Shown here: in pieces, positions 1-15,500 of the stretch
How positions within the stretch are numbered: the first letter of the stretch is position 1
How the letters are laid out: the number at the start of each line of letters is the position of its first letter
Notes under the pieces: generated by a model
Databases searched by the model: none
Told to the model about the DNA's origin: nothing
The model's input: the letters and a program-made list of their open reading frames with translations, nothing else
Source: Eledone cirrhosa
Taxonomy: Eukaryota
Reading direction: 5' to 3'
DNA: 64,000 nucleotides
Assembly: GCA_964016885.1 (NCBI GenBank)
Contig: OZ024742.1
Location: 370,512,001 to 370,576,000, forward strand
Position numbers and translations under genes: made by a program

Positions 1-2069
1 CTCTCTCATTGCTTCTACTGGTAACCTGGTCTTATACTCACACATTGCTTCTACTGGTGACCTGGTCTTTTGATGTCATATTGCTTATACTGGTGACCTG
101 GTCTTATGCAGTCACAATGCTTCTACTGGTGACCTGGTCTTATACTGTCACATTGCTTCTACTAGTGACCTTGTCTTATACTGTCACATTGCTTCTACTA
201 GTGACTGGTCTTATACTGTCACATTGCTTCTACTGGTGACCTGGTCTTATACTGTCACATTGCTTCTACTGGTGACCTGGTCTTATACTGTCACATTACT
301 TCTACTAGTGACCTGGTCTTATACTGTCACATTGCTTCTACTGGTGACCTGGTCTTATACTGTCACATTGCTTCTACTGGTGACCTGGTCTTATACTGTC
401 ACATTGCTTCTATTGGTGACCTTGTCTTATACTGTCACATTGCTTCTACTGGTCACCTGGTCTTATCCTGTCACATTGCTTCTACTGGTGACCTGGTCTT
501 ATACTGTCACATTGTTTCTACTGGTGAGCTGGTCTTATACTGGCACATTGTTTCTACTGGTGACCTGGTCTTATACTGTCACATTGCTTCTACTGGTGAC
601 CTGGTCTTATACTGTCACATTGCTTCTACTGGTGACCTTGTCTTATACTGTCACATTGCTTCTACTGGTGACCTGGTCTTATACTGTCACATTGCTTCTA
701 CTAGTGACTGGTCTTATACTGTCACATTGCTTCTACTGTTGACCTGATCTTATACTGTCACATTGCTTCTACTGGTGACCTTGTCTTATACAGTCACATT
801 GCTTCTACTGGTGACCTTGTCTTGTGCTGTCACATTGCTTCTACTGGTGACCTGCTCTTATGCTGTCACATTGCTTCTACTGGTGACCTGGTCTTATACT
901 GTCACATTGCTTCTAATGGTGACCTGGTCTTATACTGTCACATTGCTTCTACTTGTGACCTGGTCTTATGCTGTCACATTGCTTCTACTGGTGACCTGGT
1001 CTTATACTGTCACATTGCTTCTACTAGTGACTGGTCTTATACTGTGACATTGATTCTACTGTTGACCTGATCTTATACTGTCACATTGCTTCTACTGGTG
1101 ACCTTGTCTTATACAGTCACATTGCTTCTACTGGTGACCTTGTCTTGTGCTGTCACATTGCTTCTACTGGTGACCTGGTCTTATGCTATCACATTGCTTC
1201 TACTGGTGACCTTGTCTTATAGAGTCACATTGCTTCCACTGGTGAACTGGTCTTATACTGTCACATTGCTTCTACTAGTGACTTGTCTTATAATGTCACA
1301 TTGCTTCTACTGGTCATCTGGTCTTATACTGTCACATTGCTTCTACTGGTGACATGGTCTTATACTGTCACATTGCTTCTACTGGTGACCTGGTCTTATG
1401 CTGTCACATTGCTTCTACTGGTGACCTGGTCTTATACTGTCACATTGCTTCTACTGGTGACCTGGTCTTATACTGTCACATTGCTTCTACTATTGACCTG
1501 GTCTTATACTGTCACATTGCTTCTACTAGTGAACTGGTCTTATACTGTCACATTGCTTCTACTATTGACCTGGTCTTATACTGTCACATTGCTTCTACTG
1601 GTGACCTGGTCTTATACTGTCACATTGCTTCTACTGGTGACCTTGTCTTATGCTGTCACATTGCTTCTACTGGTGACCTGGTCTTATAGTGTCACATTGC
1701 TTCTACTGGTCACCTGGTCTTCTTCTGTCACATTGCTTCTACTGGTGACCTTGTCTTATACTGTCACATTGCTTCTGCTGGTGACCTGGTCTTATACTGT
1801 CACATTGCTTCTACTATTGACCTGGTCTTATACTGTCACATTGCTTCTACTGGTGACCTGGTCTTCTTCTGTCACATTGCTTCTACTGGTGACCTTGTCT
1901 TATACTGTCACATTGCTTCTGCTGGTGACCTGGTCTTATACTGTCTCATTGCTTCTACTGGTGACCTGGTCTTATACTGTCACATTGCTTCTACTGGTGA
2001 CCTTGTCTTATGCTGTCACATTGCTCCTACTGTTGACCTGGTCTTATACTGTCACATTGCTTCTACTAG

Positions 2070-2690
2070 TGACTGGTCTTATACTGTCGTATTGCTTCTA
2101 CTGGTGACTTGTTCTTATGCTGTCACATTGCTTCTACTGGTGACCTGGTCATACATTGTCACATTGCATCTACTGGTGACCTGGTCTTATACTGTCACAT
2201 TGCTTCTACTGGTGACCTTGTCTTATGCTGTCACATTGCTTCTACTGGTGACCTGGTCTTATACTGTCACATTGCTTCTACTGGTCACCTGGTCTTCTTC
2301 TGTCACATTGCTTCTACTGGTGACCTTGTCTTATACTGTCACATTGCTTCTGCTGGTGACCTGGTCTTATACTGTCACATTGCTTCTACTGGTGACCTGG
2401 TCTTATACTGTCACATTGCTTCTACTGGTGACCTTGTCTTATGCTGTCACATTGCTTCTTCTGTTGACCTGGTCTTATACTGTCACATTGCTTCTACTAG
2501 TGACTGGTCTTATACTGTCGTATTGCTTCTACTGGTGACTTGTTCTTATGCTGTCACATTGCTTCTACTGGTGACCTGGTCATATATTGTCACATTGCAT
2601 CTACTGGTGACCTGGTCTTATACTGTCACATTGCTTCTACTGGTGACCTTGTCTTATGCTGTCACATTGCTTCTACTGGTGACCTGGTCT
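2070..2690. repeat. Local 431-bp-period (12-monomer) duplication inside array A
   Basis: The rare marker ATACTGTCGTATTGC...GACTTGTTC...GGTCATA...TTGCATC occurs at 2081 and 2512. The offset is 431 (12x36-1). Confidence 0.8.
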
Positions 2691-5600
2691 TATAGTGTCA
2701 CATTGCTTCTACTGGTGACCTGGTCTTATGCTGTCACATTGCTTCTACTGGTGACCTGGTCTTATAATGTCACATTGCTTCTACTGGTGACCTGGTCTTA
2801 TACTGTCACATTGCTTCTACTGGTGACCTGGTCTTATACTGTCACATTGCTTCTACTGGTGACCTGGTCTTATACTGTCCCTTTGCTTCTACTGGTGACA
2901 TGGTCTTATGCTGTCACATTGCTTCTACTGGTGACATGGTCTTAAGCTGTCACATTGCTTCTACTGGTGACCTGGTCTTATGCTGTCACATTGCTTCTGC
3001 TGGTGACCTGGTCTTATAATGTCACATTGCTTCTACTGGTGACCTGGTCTTTTACTGTCATGTTGCTTCTACTGGTGACCTGGTCTTATACTGTCACATC
3101 GCTTCTACTGGTGACCTGGTCTTATAATGTCACATTGCTTCTACTGGTCAGCTGATCTTATCATGTAACAATGCTTCTATTGGTGACCTGGTCTTATACT
3201 GTCACATTGCTTCTACTGGTCACCTGGTCTTATACTGTCACATTGCTTCTACTGGTCAGCTGGTCTCATCATGTAACAATGCTTCTATTGGTGACCTGGT
3301 CTTATACTGTCACGTTGCTTCTACTGGTCACCTGGTCTTATCCTGTCACATTACTTCTACTGGAGACCTGGTCTTATCATGTAACAATGCTTCTATTGGT
3401 GACCTGATCTTATACTGTCACATTGCTTCTACTGGTCAGCTGGTCTTATCATGTAACAATGCTTCTATTGGTGACCTGGTCGTATACTGTCACATTGCTT
3501 CTACTGGTCACCTGGTCTTATCCTGTCACATTGCTTCTACTGGAGACCTGGTCTTATGCTGTCACATTGCTTGTACTGGTGACCTGGTCTTATACTGTCA
3601 CATTGCTTCTACTGGTGAGCTGGTCTTATACTGTCACATTGTTTCTACTGGTGACCTGGTCTTATACTGTCACATTGCTTCTACTAGTAACCTTGTCTTA
3701 TACTGTCACATTGCTTCAACTAGTGACCTGGTCTTATAATGTCACATTGCTTCTACTGGTGACCTTGTCTTATGCTGTCACAATGCTTCTACTGGTGACC
3801 TGGTCTTATGCTGTCACATTGCTTCTACTGGTGACCTGGTCTTATACTGTCACATTGCTTCTACTGGTGACCTGGTCTTATACTGTCACATTGCTTCTAC
3901 TTGTGACCTGGTCTTATACTGTCACATTGCTTCTACTGGTGACCTGGTCTTATCGTGTCACAATGCTTCTACTGGTGACATGGCCTTATGCTGTCACATT
4001 GCTTCTACTGGTGACCTGGTCTTATGCTGTCACATTGCTTCTACTGGTGACCTGGTCTTATGCTGTCACATTGCTTATACTGGTGACCTGGTCTTATGCT
4101 GTCACATTGCTTCTACTGGTGACATGTTCTTATGCTATCACATTGCTTCTACTAGTGACCTGGTCTTATACTGTCACATTGCTTCTACAGGTGACATGGC
4201 CTTATGCTGTCACATTGCTTCTACTGGTGACCTGGTCTTATACTGTCACAATGCTTCTACTGGTGACCTGGTCTTATACTGTCACATAGCTTCTACTGGT
4301 GACCTGGTCTTATCATGTCACAATGCTTCTACTGGTGACCTGGTCTTATACTGTCACAATGCTTCTACTGGTGACCTGGTCTTATACTGTCACATTGCTT
4401 CTACTGGTGACCTGGTCTTATACTGTCACATTGCTTCTACTGGTCACCTGGTCTTATACTGTCACAATGCTTCTACTGGTGACCTGGTCTTATACTGTCA
4501 CAATGCTTCTACTGGTGACCTGGTCTTATCATGTCACATAGCTTCTACTGGTGACCTGGTCTTATACTGTCACATTGCTTCTACTGGTGACCTTGTCTTA
4601 TACTGTCACATTGCTTCTACTGGTCACCTGGTCTTATACTGTCACATTGCTTCTACTGGTGACCTGGTCTTATACTGTCACATTGCTTCTACTGGTCACC
4701 TGGTCTTATACTGTCACATTGCTTCTACTGGTCACCTGGTCTTATACTGTCACAATGCTTCTACTGGTGACCTGGTCTTATACTGTCACAATGCTTCTAC
4801 TGGTGACCTGGTCTTATCATGTCACATAGCTTCTACTGGTGACCTGGTCTTATACTGTCACATTGCTTCTACTGGTCACCTGGTCTTATACTGTCACAAT
4901 GCTTCTACTGGTCACCTGGTCTTATACTGTCACAATGCTTCTACTGGTGACCTGGTCTTATGCTGTCACATTGCTTCTACTGGTGACCTGGTCTTATACT
5001 GTCACATTGCTTCTACTGGTGACCTGGTCTTATCATGTCACAATGCTTCTACTGGTGACCTGGTCTTATCATGTCACATAGCTTCTACTGGTGACCTGGT
5101 CTTATCATGTCACAATGCTTCTACTGGTGACCTGGTCTTATGCTGTCACATTGCTTATACTGGTGACATGGTCTTATGCTGTCACATTGCCTCTACTGGG
5201 GATATGGTCTTATGCTGTCACATTGCTTCTACTAGTGACCTGGTCTTATACTGTCACATTGCGTCTACTGGTGACCTGGTCTTATACTGTCACATTGCTT
5301 CTACTGGGGACATGGTCTTATGCTGTCACATTGCTTCTACTGGGGATATGGTCTTATGCTGTCACATTGCTTCTACTAGTGACCTGGTCTTATACTGTCA
5401 CATTGCGTCTACTGGTGACCTGGTCTTATACTGTCATATTGCTTCTACTGGGGACATGGTCTTATGCTGTCACATTGCTTCTACTAGTGACCTGGTCTTA
5501 TGCTGTCACATTGGTTCTACTAGTGACCTGGTCTTATGCTGTCACATTGCTTCTACTGGTGACCTGGTCTTATGCTGTCACATTGCTTCTACTGGTGACC

Positions 5601-8600
5601 TGGTCTTATACTGTCACATTGCTTCTACTGGTGACCTGGTCTTATACTGTCACATTGCTTCTACTAGTGAACTGGTCTTATGCTGTCACATTGCTTCTAC
5701 TGGTGACCTGGTCTTATACTGTCACATTGCTTCTACTGGTGACCTGGTCTTATACTGTCACATTGCTTCTACTGGTGACCTGGTCTTATGCTGTCACATT
5801 GCTTCTACTGGGGACATGGTCTTATGCTGTCACATTGCGTCTACTGGTGACCTGGTCTTATACTGTCACATTGCTTCTACTGGGGACATGGTCTTATGCT
5901 GTCACATTGCGTCTACTGGTGACCTGGTCTTATGCTGTCACATTGCTTCTACTGGGGACATGGTCTTATGCTGTCACATTGCGTCTACTGGTGACCTGGT
6001 CTTATACTGTCACATTGCTTCTACTGGGGACATGGTCTTATACTGTCACATTGCTTCTACTGGTGACCTGGTCTTATACTGTCACATTGCTTCTACTTGT
6101 GACCTGGTCTTATGCTGTCACATTGCTTCTACTGGTGACCTGGTATTATACTGTCACATTGCTTCTACTAGTGACTAGTCTTATACTGTGACATTGCTTC
6201 TACTGTTGACCTGATCTTATACTGTCACATTGCTTCTACTGGTGACCTGGTCTTATACTGTCACATTGCTTCTACTGGTGACCTGGTCTTATGCTGTCAC
6301 ATTGCTTCTACTGGTGACCTGGTCTTATGCTGTCACATTGCTTATACTGGTGACATGTTCTTATGCTGTCACATTGCTTCTACTGGGGACATGGTCTTAT
6401 GCTGTCACATTGCTTCTACTGGTGACATGTTCTTATGCTGTCACATTGCTTCTACTAGTGACCTGGTCTTATGCTGTCACATTGCTTCTACTGGTGACCT
6501 GGTCTTATACTGTCACATTGCTTCTACTGGGGACATGGTCTTATGCTGTCACATTGCTTCTACTAGTGACCTGGTCTTATGCTGTCACATTGCTTCTACT
6601 GGTGACCTGGTCTTATACTGTCACATTGCTTCTACTAGTGACCTGGTCTTATACTGTCACATTGCTTCTACTGGTGACCTGGTCTTATACTGTTACATTG
6701 CTTCTACTAGTGACCTGGTCTTATACTATCACATTGCTTCTACTGGTGACCTGGTCTTATACTGTCACATTGCTTCTACTGGTGACCTGGTCTTATACTA
6801 TCACATTGCTTCTACTAGTGAACTGGGCTTATACTGTCACATTGCTTCTACTGGTGACCTGGTCTTATACTGTCACATTGCTTCTACTGGTAACCTGGTC
6901 TTATACTGTCACATTGCTTCTACTGGTGACCTTGTCTTATACCGTCACATTGCTTCTACTGGTGACCTGGTCTTATACTGTCACATTGCTTCTACTGGTC
7001 AGGTGGTCTTATCATGTCACAATGCTTCTATTGGAGACCTGGTCTTATACTGTCACATTGCTTCTACTGGTCACCTGGTCTTATCCTGTCACATTGCTTC
7101 TACTGGTGACCTGGTCTTATACTGTCACATTGCTTCTACTGGTGACTTGGTCTTATACTGTCACATTGCTTCTACTGGTCACCTGGTCTTATCCTGTCAC
7201 ATTGCTTCTACTGGTGACCTGGTCTTATACTGTCACATTCCTTCTACTCGTGACCTGGTCTTATACTGTCACATTGCTTCTACTGGTGACCTGGTCTTAT
7301 ATTGTCACATTGCTTCTACTGTTGACCTGGTCTTATACTGTCACATTGCTTCTACTGGTGACCTTATCTTATGCTGTCACATTGCTTCTACTGGTGACCT
7401 GGTCATATACTGTCACATTGCTTCTACTGGTGACCCGGTCTTATACTGTCCCATTGCTTCTACTAGTGACTGGTCTTATACTGTCACATTGCTTCTACTG
7501 GTGACCTGGTCTTATGCTGTCACATTGCTTCTACTAGTGACCTGGTCTTATACTGTCACATTGCTTCTACTGGTGACCTGGTCTTATGCTGTCACATTGC
7601 TTCTACTGGTGACCTGGTCTTATCCTGTCACATTGCTTCTACTGGTGACATGGTCTTATGCTGTCACATTGCTTCTACTGGTGACCTGGTCTTATGCTGT
7701 CACATTGCTTCTATTGGTGACCTGGTCTTATACTGTCATATTGCTTCTACTGGTCACCTGTTCTTATCCTGTCACATTGCTTCTACTGTTGACCTGATCT
7801 TATACTGTCACATTGCTTCTACTGGTGACCTGGTCTTATACTGTCACATTGCTTCTACTGGTGACCTGGTCTTATACTGTCACATTGCTTCTATTGGTGA
7901 CCTTGTCTTATACTGTCACATTGCTTCTACTGGTCACCTGGTCTTATCCTGTCACATTGCTTCTACTGGTGACCTGGTCTTATACTGTCACATTGCTTCT
8001 ACTGGTGACCTGGTCTTATACTGTCACATTGCTTCTACGGGTCAGCTGGTCTTATCATGTCACATTGCATCTACTGGTGACCTGGTCTTATATTGTCACA
8101 TTGCTTCTACTGGTGACCTGGTCTTATACTGTCACATTGCTTCTACTGGTGACCTGGTCTTATACTGTCACATTGCTTCTATTGGTGACCTGGTCTTATA
8201 CTGTCACATTGCTTCTACTGGTGACCTGGTCTTATACTGTCACATTGCTTCTACGGGTCAGCTGGTCTTATCATGTCACATTGCATCTACTGGTGACCTG
8301 GTCTTATATTGTCACATTGCTTCTACTGGTGACCTGGTCTTATACTGTCACATTGCTTCTACTGATGACCTGGTCTTATACTGTCACATTGCTTCGACTA
8401 GTGACTGGTCTTATACTGTCACATTGCTTCTACTGTTGACCTGATCTTATACTGTCACATTGCTTCTACTGGTGACCTGGTCTTATACTGTCACATTGCT
8501 TCTACTGGTGACCTTGTCTTATACTGTCACATTGCTTCTACTGGTGACATGGTCTTATACTGTCACATTGCTTCTACTAGTGACTGGTCTTATACTGTCA

Positions 8601-11600
8601 CATTGCTTCTACTGTTGACCTGATCTTATACTGTCACATTGCTTCTACTGGTGACCTTGTCTTATACAGTCACATTGCTTCTACTGGTGACCTTGTCTTG
8701 TGCTGTCACATTGCTTCTACTGGTGACCTGGTCTTATGCTGTCACATTGCTTCTACTGGTGACCTGGTCTTATACTGTCACATTGCTTCTACTGGTGACC
8801 TGGTCTTATACTGTCACATTGCTTCTACTTGTGACCTGGTCTTATGCTGTCACATTGCTTCTCCTGGTGACCTGGTCTTATACTGTCACATTGCTTCTAC
8901 TGGTGAGCTGGTCTTATGCTGTCACATTGCTTCTACTGGTGACTTGGTCTTATACTGTCACATTGCTTCTACTGGTGACCTGGTCTTATACTGTCACATT
9001 GCTTCTACTGGTGAGCTGGTCTTATACTGTCACATTGCTTCTACTGGTGATCTGGTCTTATACTGGCACATTGTTTCTACTGGTGACCTGGTCTTATACT
9101 GTCACATTGCTTCTACTGGTGACCTGGTCTTATACTGTCACATTGCTTCTACTGGTGACATGGTCTTATACTGTCACATTGCTTCTACTAGTGACCTGAT
9201 CTTATACTGTCACATTGCTTTTACTGGTGACCTGGTCTTATACTGTCACATTTCTTCTACAGTTGACCTGATGTTATACTGTCACATTTCTTCTACTGGT
9301 GACCTGGTCTTATACTGTCACATTGCTTCTACTGGTGACCTGGTCTTATACTGTCACATTGCTTCTACTGGTGACCTGGTCTTATACTGTCACATTGCTT
9401 CTACTAGTGACCTGGTCTTATACTGTCACATTGCTTCTACTGGTGACCTGGTCTTACACTGTCACATTGCTTCTACTGGTGACCTGGTCTTACACTGTCA
9501 AATTGCTTCTACTAGTGACCTGGTCTTATACTGTCACATTGCTTCTACTAGTGACCTGGTCTTATACTGTCACATTGCTTCTACTAGTTACTGGTCTTAT
9601 ACTGTCACATTGCTTCTACTGGTGACCTGGTCTTATACTGTCACATTGCTTCTACTGGTGACTTGGTCTTATGCTGTCACATTGCTTCTACTAGTGACCT
9701 GGTCTTATGCTGTCACATTGCTTATACTGGTGACCTGGTCTTATACAGTCACATTGCTTCTACTGGTGACCTGGTCTTATACTGTCACATTGCTTCTACT
9801 GGTCCCCTAGCCTTATGCTGTCACATTGCTTCTGCTGGTGACCTGGTCTTATGATGTCACATTGCTTCTACAGGCAACCTGGTGTTATAATGTCACATTG
9901 CTCCTACTGGTGACCTGGTCTTATACTGGCACATTGTTTCTACTGGTGACCTTGTCTTATACTGTCACATTGCTTCTACTAGTGACCTGGTCTTATACTA
10001 TCACGTTGCTTCTACTGGTGACCTTTTATTATACTGTCACATTGCTTCTACTGGTTACCTTGTCTTATGCTGTCACATTGCTTCTACTGGTGACCTGGTC
10101 TTATACTGTCACATTGCTTCTACTAGTGACTGGTCTTATACTGTGACATTGCTTCTACTGTTGACCTGATCTTATACTGTCACATTGCTTCTTCTGGTGA
10201 CCTTGTCTTATACAGTCACATTGCTTCTACTGGTGACCTTGTCTTATGCTGTCACATTGCTTCTACTGGTGACCTTGTCTTATACTGTCACATTGCTTCT
10301 ACTGGTGACCTGGTCTTATACTGTCACATTGCTTCTACAGGTGACCTTGTCTTATACTCTCTCATTGCTTCTACTGGTGACCTGGTCTTATACTCACACA
10401 TTGCTTCTACTGGTGACCTGGTCTTTTGATGTCACAATGCTTCTACTGGTGACCTGGTCTTATACTGTCACATTGCTTCTACTAGTGACCTTGTCTTATA
10501 CTGTCACATTGCTTCTACTAGTGACTGGTCTTATACTGTCACATTGCTTCTACTGGTGACCTGGTCTTATACTGTCACATTGCTTCTACTGGTGACCTGG
10601 TCTTATACTGTCACATTACTTCTACTAGTGACCTGGTCTTATACTGTCACATTGCTTCTACTGGTGACCTGGTCTTATACTGTCACATTGCTTCTACTAG
10701 TGACTGGTCTTATACTGTGACATTGCTTCTACTGGTGACCTGGTCTTATACAGTCACATTGCTTCTACTGGTGACCTTGTCTTATACTATCACATTGCTT
10801 CTACTGGTGACCTTGTCTTATGCTGTCACATTGCTTCTACGGGTCAGCTGGTCTTATCATGTCACATTGCATCTACTGGTGACCTGGTCTTATATTGTCA
10901 CATTGCTTCTACTGGTGACCTGGTCTTATACTGTCACATTGCTTCTACTGGTGACCTGGTCTTATACTGTCACATTGCTTCTATTGGTGACCTTGTCTTA
11001 TACTGTCACATTGCTTCTACTGGTCACCTGGTCTTATCCTGTCACATTGCTTCTACTGGTGACCTGGTCTTATACTGTCACATTGCTTCTACTGGTGACC
11101 TGGTCTTATACTGTCACATTGCTTCTACTGGTGTGCTGGTCTTATACTGGCACATTGTTTCTACTGGTGACCTGGTCTTTTACTGTCACATTGCTTCTAC
11201 TGGTGACCTGGTCTTATACTGTCACATTATTTCTACTAGTGACCTGGTCTTATACTGTCACATTGCTTCTACTAGTGACTGGTCTTATACTGTGACATTG
11301 CTTCTACTGGTGACCTGGTCTTATACTGTTACATTGCTTCTACTGGTGACCTTGTCTTATACAGTCACATTGCTTCTACTGGTGACCTTGTCTTGTGCTG
11401 TCACATTGCTTCTACTGGTGACCTGGTCTTATGCTGTCACATTGCTTCTACTGGTGACCTGGTCTTATACTGTCACATTGCTTCTACTGGTGACCTGGTC
11501 TTATACTGTCACATTGCTTCTACTTGTGACCTGGTCTTATGCTGTCACATTGCTTCTACTGGTGACCTGGTATTATACTGTCACATTGCTTCTACTAGTG

Positions 11601-12511
11601 ACTAGTCTTATACTGTGACATTGCTTCTACTGTTGACCTGATCTTATACTGTCACATTGCTTCTACTGGTGACCTTGTCTTATACAGTCACATTGCTTCT
11701 ACTGGTGACCTTGTCTTGTGCTGTCACATTGCTTCTACTGGTGACCTGGTCTTATGCTATCACATTGCTTCTACTGGTGACCTTGTCTTATAGAGTCACA
11801 TTGCTTCCACTGGTGAACTGGTCTTATACTGTCACATTGCTTCTACTAGTGACCTGGCCTTATGCTGTCACATTGCTTCTACCGGTGACCTGGTCTTATA
11901 CTGTCACATTGCTTCTCCTGGTGACCTGGCCTTATGCTGTCACATTGCTTCTACTAGTGACCTTGTCTTATACTGTCACATTGCTTCTACTGGTCATCTG
12001 GTCTTATACAGTCACATTGCTTCTGCTGGTGACCTGGTCTTATGCTGTCACATTGCTTCTACTGGTGACATGGTCTTATAATGTCACATTGCTTCTACTG
12101 GTGACCTGGTCTTATACTGTCACATTGCTTCTACAAGTGACCTGGTCTTCTACTGTCACATTGCTTCTACTATTTACTGGTCTTATACTGTCACATTGCT
12201 TCTACTGGTGACCTGGTCTTATACTGTCACATTGCTTCTACTGGTGACCTGGTCTTATGCTGTCACATTGCTTCTGCTGGTGACATGGTCTTATAATGTC
12301 ACATTGCGTCTACTGGTGACATGGTCTTATGCTGTCACATTGCTTCTACTGGTGACATGGTCTTATGCTGTCACATTGCTTCTCCTGGTGACCTGGTCTT
12401 ATACTGTCACATTGCTTATACTGGTGACCTTGTCTTATGCTGTCACATTGCTTCTACTGGTGACTTGGTCTTATGCTGTCACATTGCTTCTACTAGTGAC
12501 CTGGTCTTATG

Positions 12512-15500
12512 CTGTCACATTGCTTCTACTGGTGACCTGGTCTTATACTGTCACATTGCTTCAACTGGTGACCTGGTCTTATACTGTCACATTGCTTCTA
12601 CTGGTCCCCTAGCCTTATGCTGTCACATTGCTTCTGCTGGTGACCTGGTCTTATGATGTCACATTGCTTCTACAGGCGACCTGGTGTTATAATGTCACAT
12701 TGCTTCTACTGGTGACCTGGTCTTATACTGGCACATTGTTTCTACTGGTGACCTTGTCTTATACTGTCACATTGCTTCTACTAGTGACCTGGTCTTATAC
12801 TATCACATTGCTTCTACTGGTGACCTTTTATTATACTGTCACATTGCTTCTACTGGTTACCTTGTCTTATGCTGTCACATTGCTTCTACTGGTGACTTGG
12901 TTTTATACTGTCACATTGCTTCTACTAGTGACTGGTCTTATACTGTGACATTGCTTCTACTGTTGACCTGATCTTATACTGTCACATTGCTTCTTCTGGT
13001 GACCTTGTCTTATACAGTCACATTGCTTCTACTGGTGACCTTGTCTTATGCTGTCACACTGCTTCTACTGGTGACCTTGTCTTATACTGTCACATTGCTT
13101 CTACTGGTGACCTGGTCTTATACTGTCACATTGCTTCTACAGGTGACCTTGTCTTATACTCTCTCATTGCTTCTACTGGTGACCTGGTCTTATACTCACA
13201 CATTGCTTCTACTGGTGACCTGGTCTTTTGATGTCACATTGCTTATACTGGTGACCTGGTCTTATGCAGTCACAATGCTTCTACTGGTGACCTGGTCTTA
13301 TACTGTCACATTGCTTCTACTAGTGACCTTGTCTTATACTGTCACATTGCTTCTACTAGTGACTGGTCTTATACTGTCACATTGCTTCTACTGGTGACCT
13401 GGTCTTATACTGTCACATTGCTTCTACTGGTGACCTGGTCTTATACTGTCACATTACTTCTACTAGTGACCTGGTCTTATACTGTCACATTGCTTCTACT
13501 GGTGACCTGGTCTTATACTGTCACATTGCTTCTACTGGTGACCTGGTCTTATACTGTCACATTGCTTCTATTGGTGACCTTGTCTTATACTGTCACATTG
13601 CTTCTACTGGTCACCTGGTCTTATCCTGTCACATTGCTTCTACTGGTGACCTGGTCTTATACTGTCACATTGCTTCTACTGGTGACCTGGTCTTATACTG
13701 TCACATTGCTTCTACTGGTGACCTGGTCTTATGCTATCACATTGCTTCTACTGGTGACCTTGTCTTATAGAGTCACATTGCTTCCACTGGTGAACTGGTC
13801 TTATACTGTCACATTGCTTCTACTAGTGACCTGGCCTTATGCTGTCACATTGCTTCTACCGGTGACCTGGTCTTATACTGTCACATTGCTTCTCCTGGTG
13901 ACCTGGTCTTATAATGTGACATTGCTTCTACTGGTGACATGGTCTTATACTGTCACGTTGCTTCTACTATTGACCTGGTCTTATACTGTCACATTGCTTC
14001 TACTAGTGACTTGTCTTATACTGTCACATTGCTTCTACTGGTGACCTGGTCTTATACTGTCACATTGCTTCTACTGGTGACCTGGTCTTATACTGTCACA
14101 TTGCTTCTACTAGTGACTTGTCTTATACTGTCACATTGCTTCTACTGGTAATCTGGTCTTATACAGTCACATTGCTTCTACTGGTGACCTGGTCTTATAC
14201 TGTCACATTGCTTCTACTAGTGACTTGTCTTATACTGTCACATTGCTTCTACTGGTCATCTGGTCTTATGCTGTCACATTGCTTCTACTAGTGACTTGTC
14301 TTATACTGTCACATTGCTTCTACTAGTGACTTGTCTTATACTGTCACATTGCTTCTACTGGTGACCTGGTCTTATACTGTCACATTGCTTCTACTGGTGA
14401 CCTGGTCTTATACTGTCACATTGCTTCTACTATTGACCTGGTCTTATACTGTCACATTGCTTCTACTGGTGACCTGGTCTTATACTGTCACATTGCTTCT
14501 ACTGGTGACCTGGTCTTATACTGTCACATTGCTTCTACTGGTGACCTGGTCTTATACTGTCACATTGCTTCTACTAGTGACTTGTCTTATACTGTCACAT
14601 TGCTTCTACTGGTCATCTGGTCTTATGCTGTCACATTGCTTCTACTAGTGACTTGTCTTATACTGTCACATTGCTTCTACTAGTGACTTGTCTTATACTG
14701 TCACATTGCTTCTACTGGTCATCTGGTCTTATACTGTCACATTGCTTCTACTGGTGACCTGGTCTTATACTGTCACATTGCTTCTACTGGTCATCTGGTC
14801 TTATACTGTCACATTGCTTCTACTGGTGACCTGGTCTTATACTGTCACATTGCTTCTACTGGTGACCTTGTCTTATACTGTCACATTGCTTCTACTGGTG
14901 ACCTTGTCTTATACTGTCACATTGCTTCTACTGGTGACCTTGTCTTATACTGTCACATTGCTTCTACTGGTGACCTGGTCTTATACTGTCACATTGCTTC
15001 TACTGGTGACCTTGTCTTATGCTGTCACATTGCTTCTACTGGTGACCTTGTCTTATACTGTCACATTGCTTCTACTGGTCATCTGGTCTTATACTGTCAC
15101 ATTGCTTCTACTGGTGACCTGGTCTTATACTGTCACATTGCTTCTACTAGTGACTTGTCTTATACTGTCACATTGCTTCTACTGGTGACCTGGTCTTATG
15201 CTGTCAAATTGCTTCTACTGGTGACCTGGTCTTATACTGTCACATTGCTTCTACTAGTGACTTGTCTTATACTGTCACATTGCTTCTACTGGTGACCTGG
15301 TCTTATGCTGTCAAATTGCTTCTACTGGTGACCTGGTCTTATACTGTCACATTGCTTCTACTAGTGACCTTGTCTTATACTGTCACATTGCTTCTACTGG
15401 TGACCTGGTCTTCTTCTGTCAAATTGCTTCTACTGGTGACCTGGTCTTATACTGTCACATTGCTTCTACTGGTGACCTTGTCTTATACTGTCACATTGCT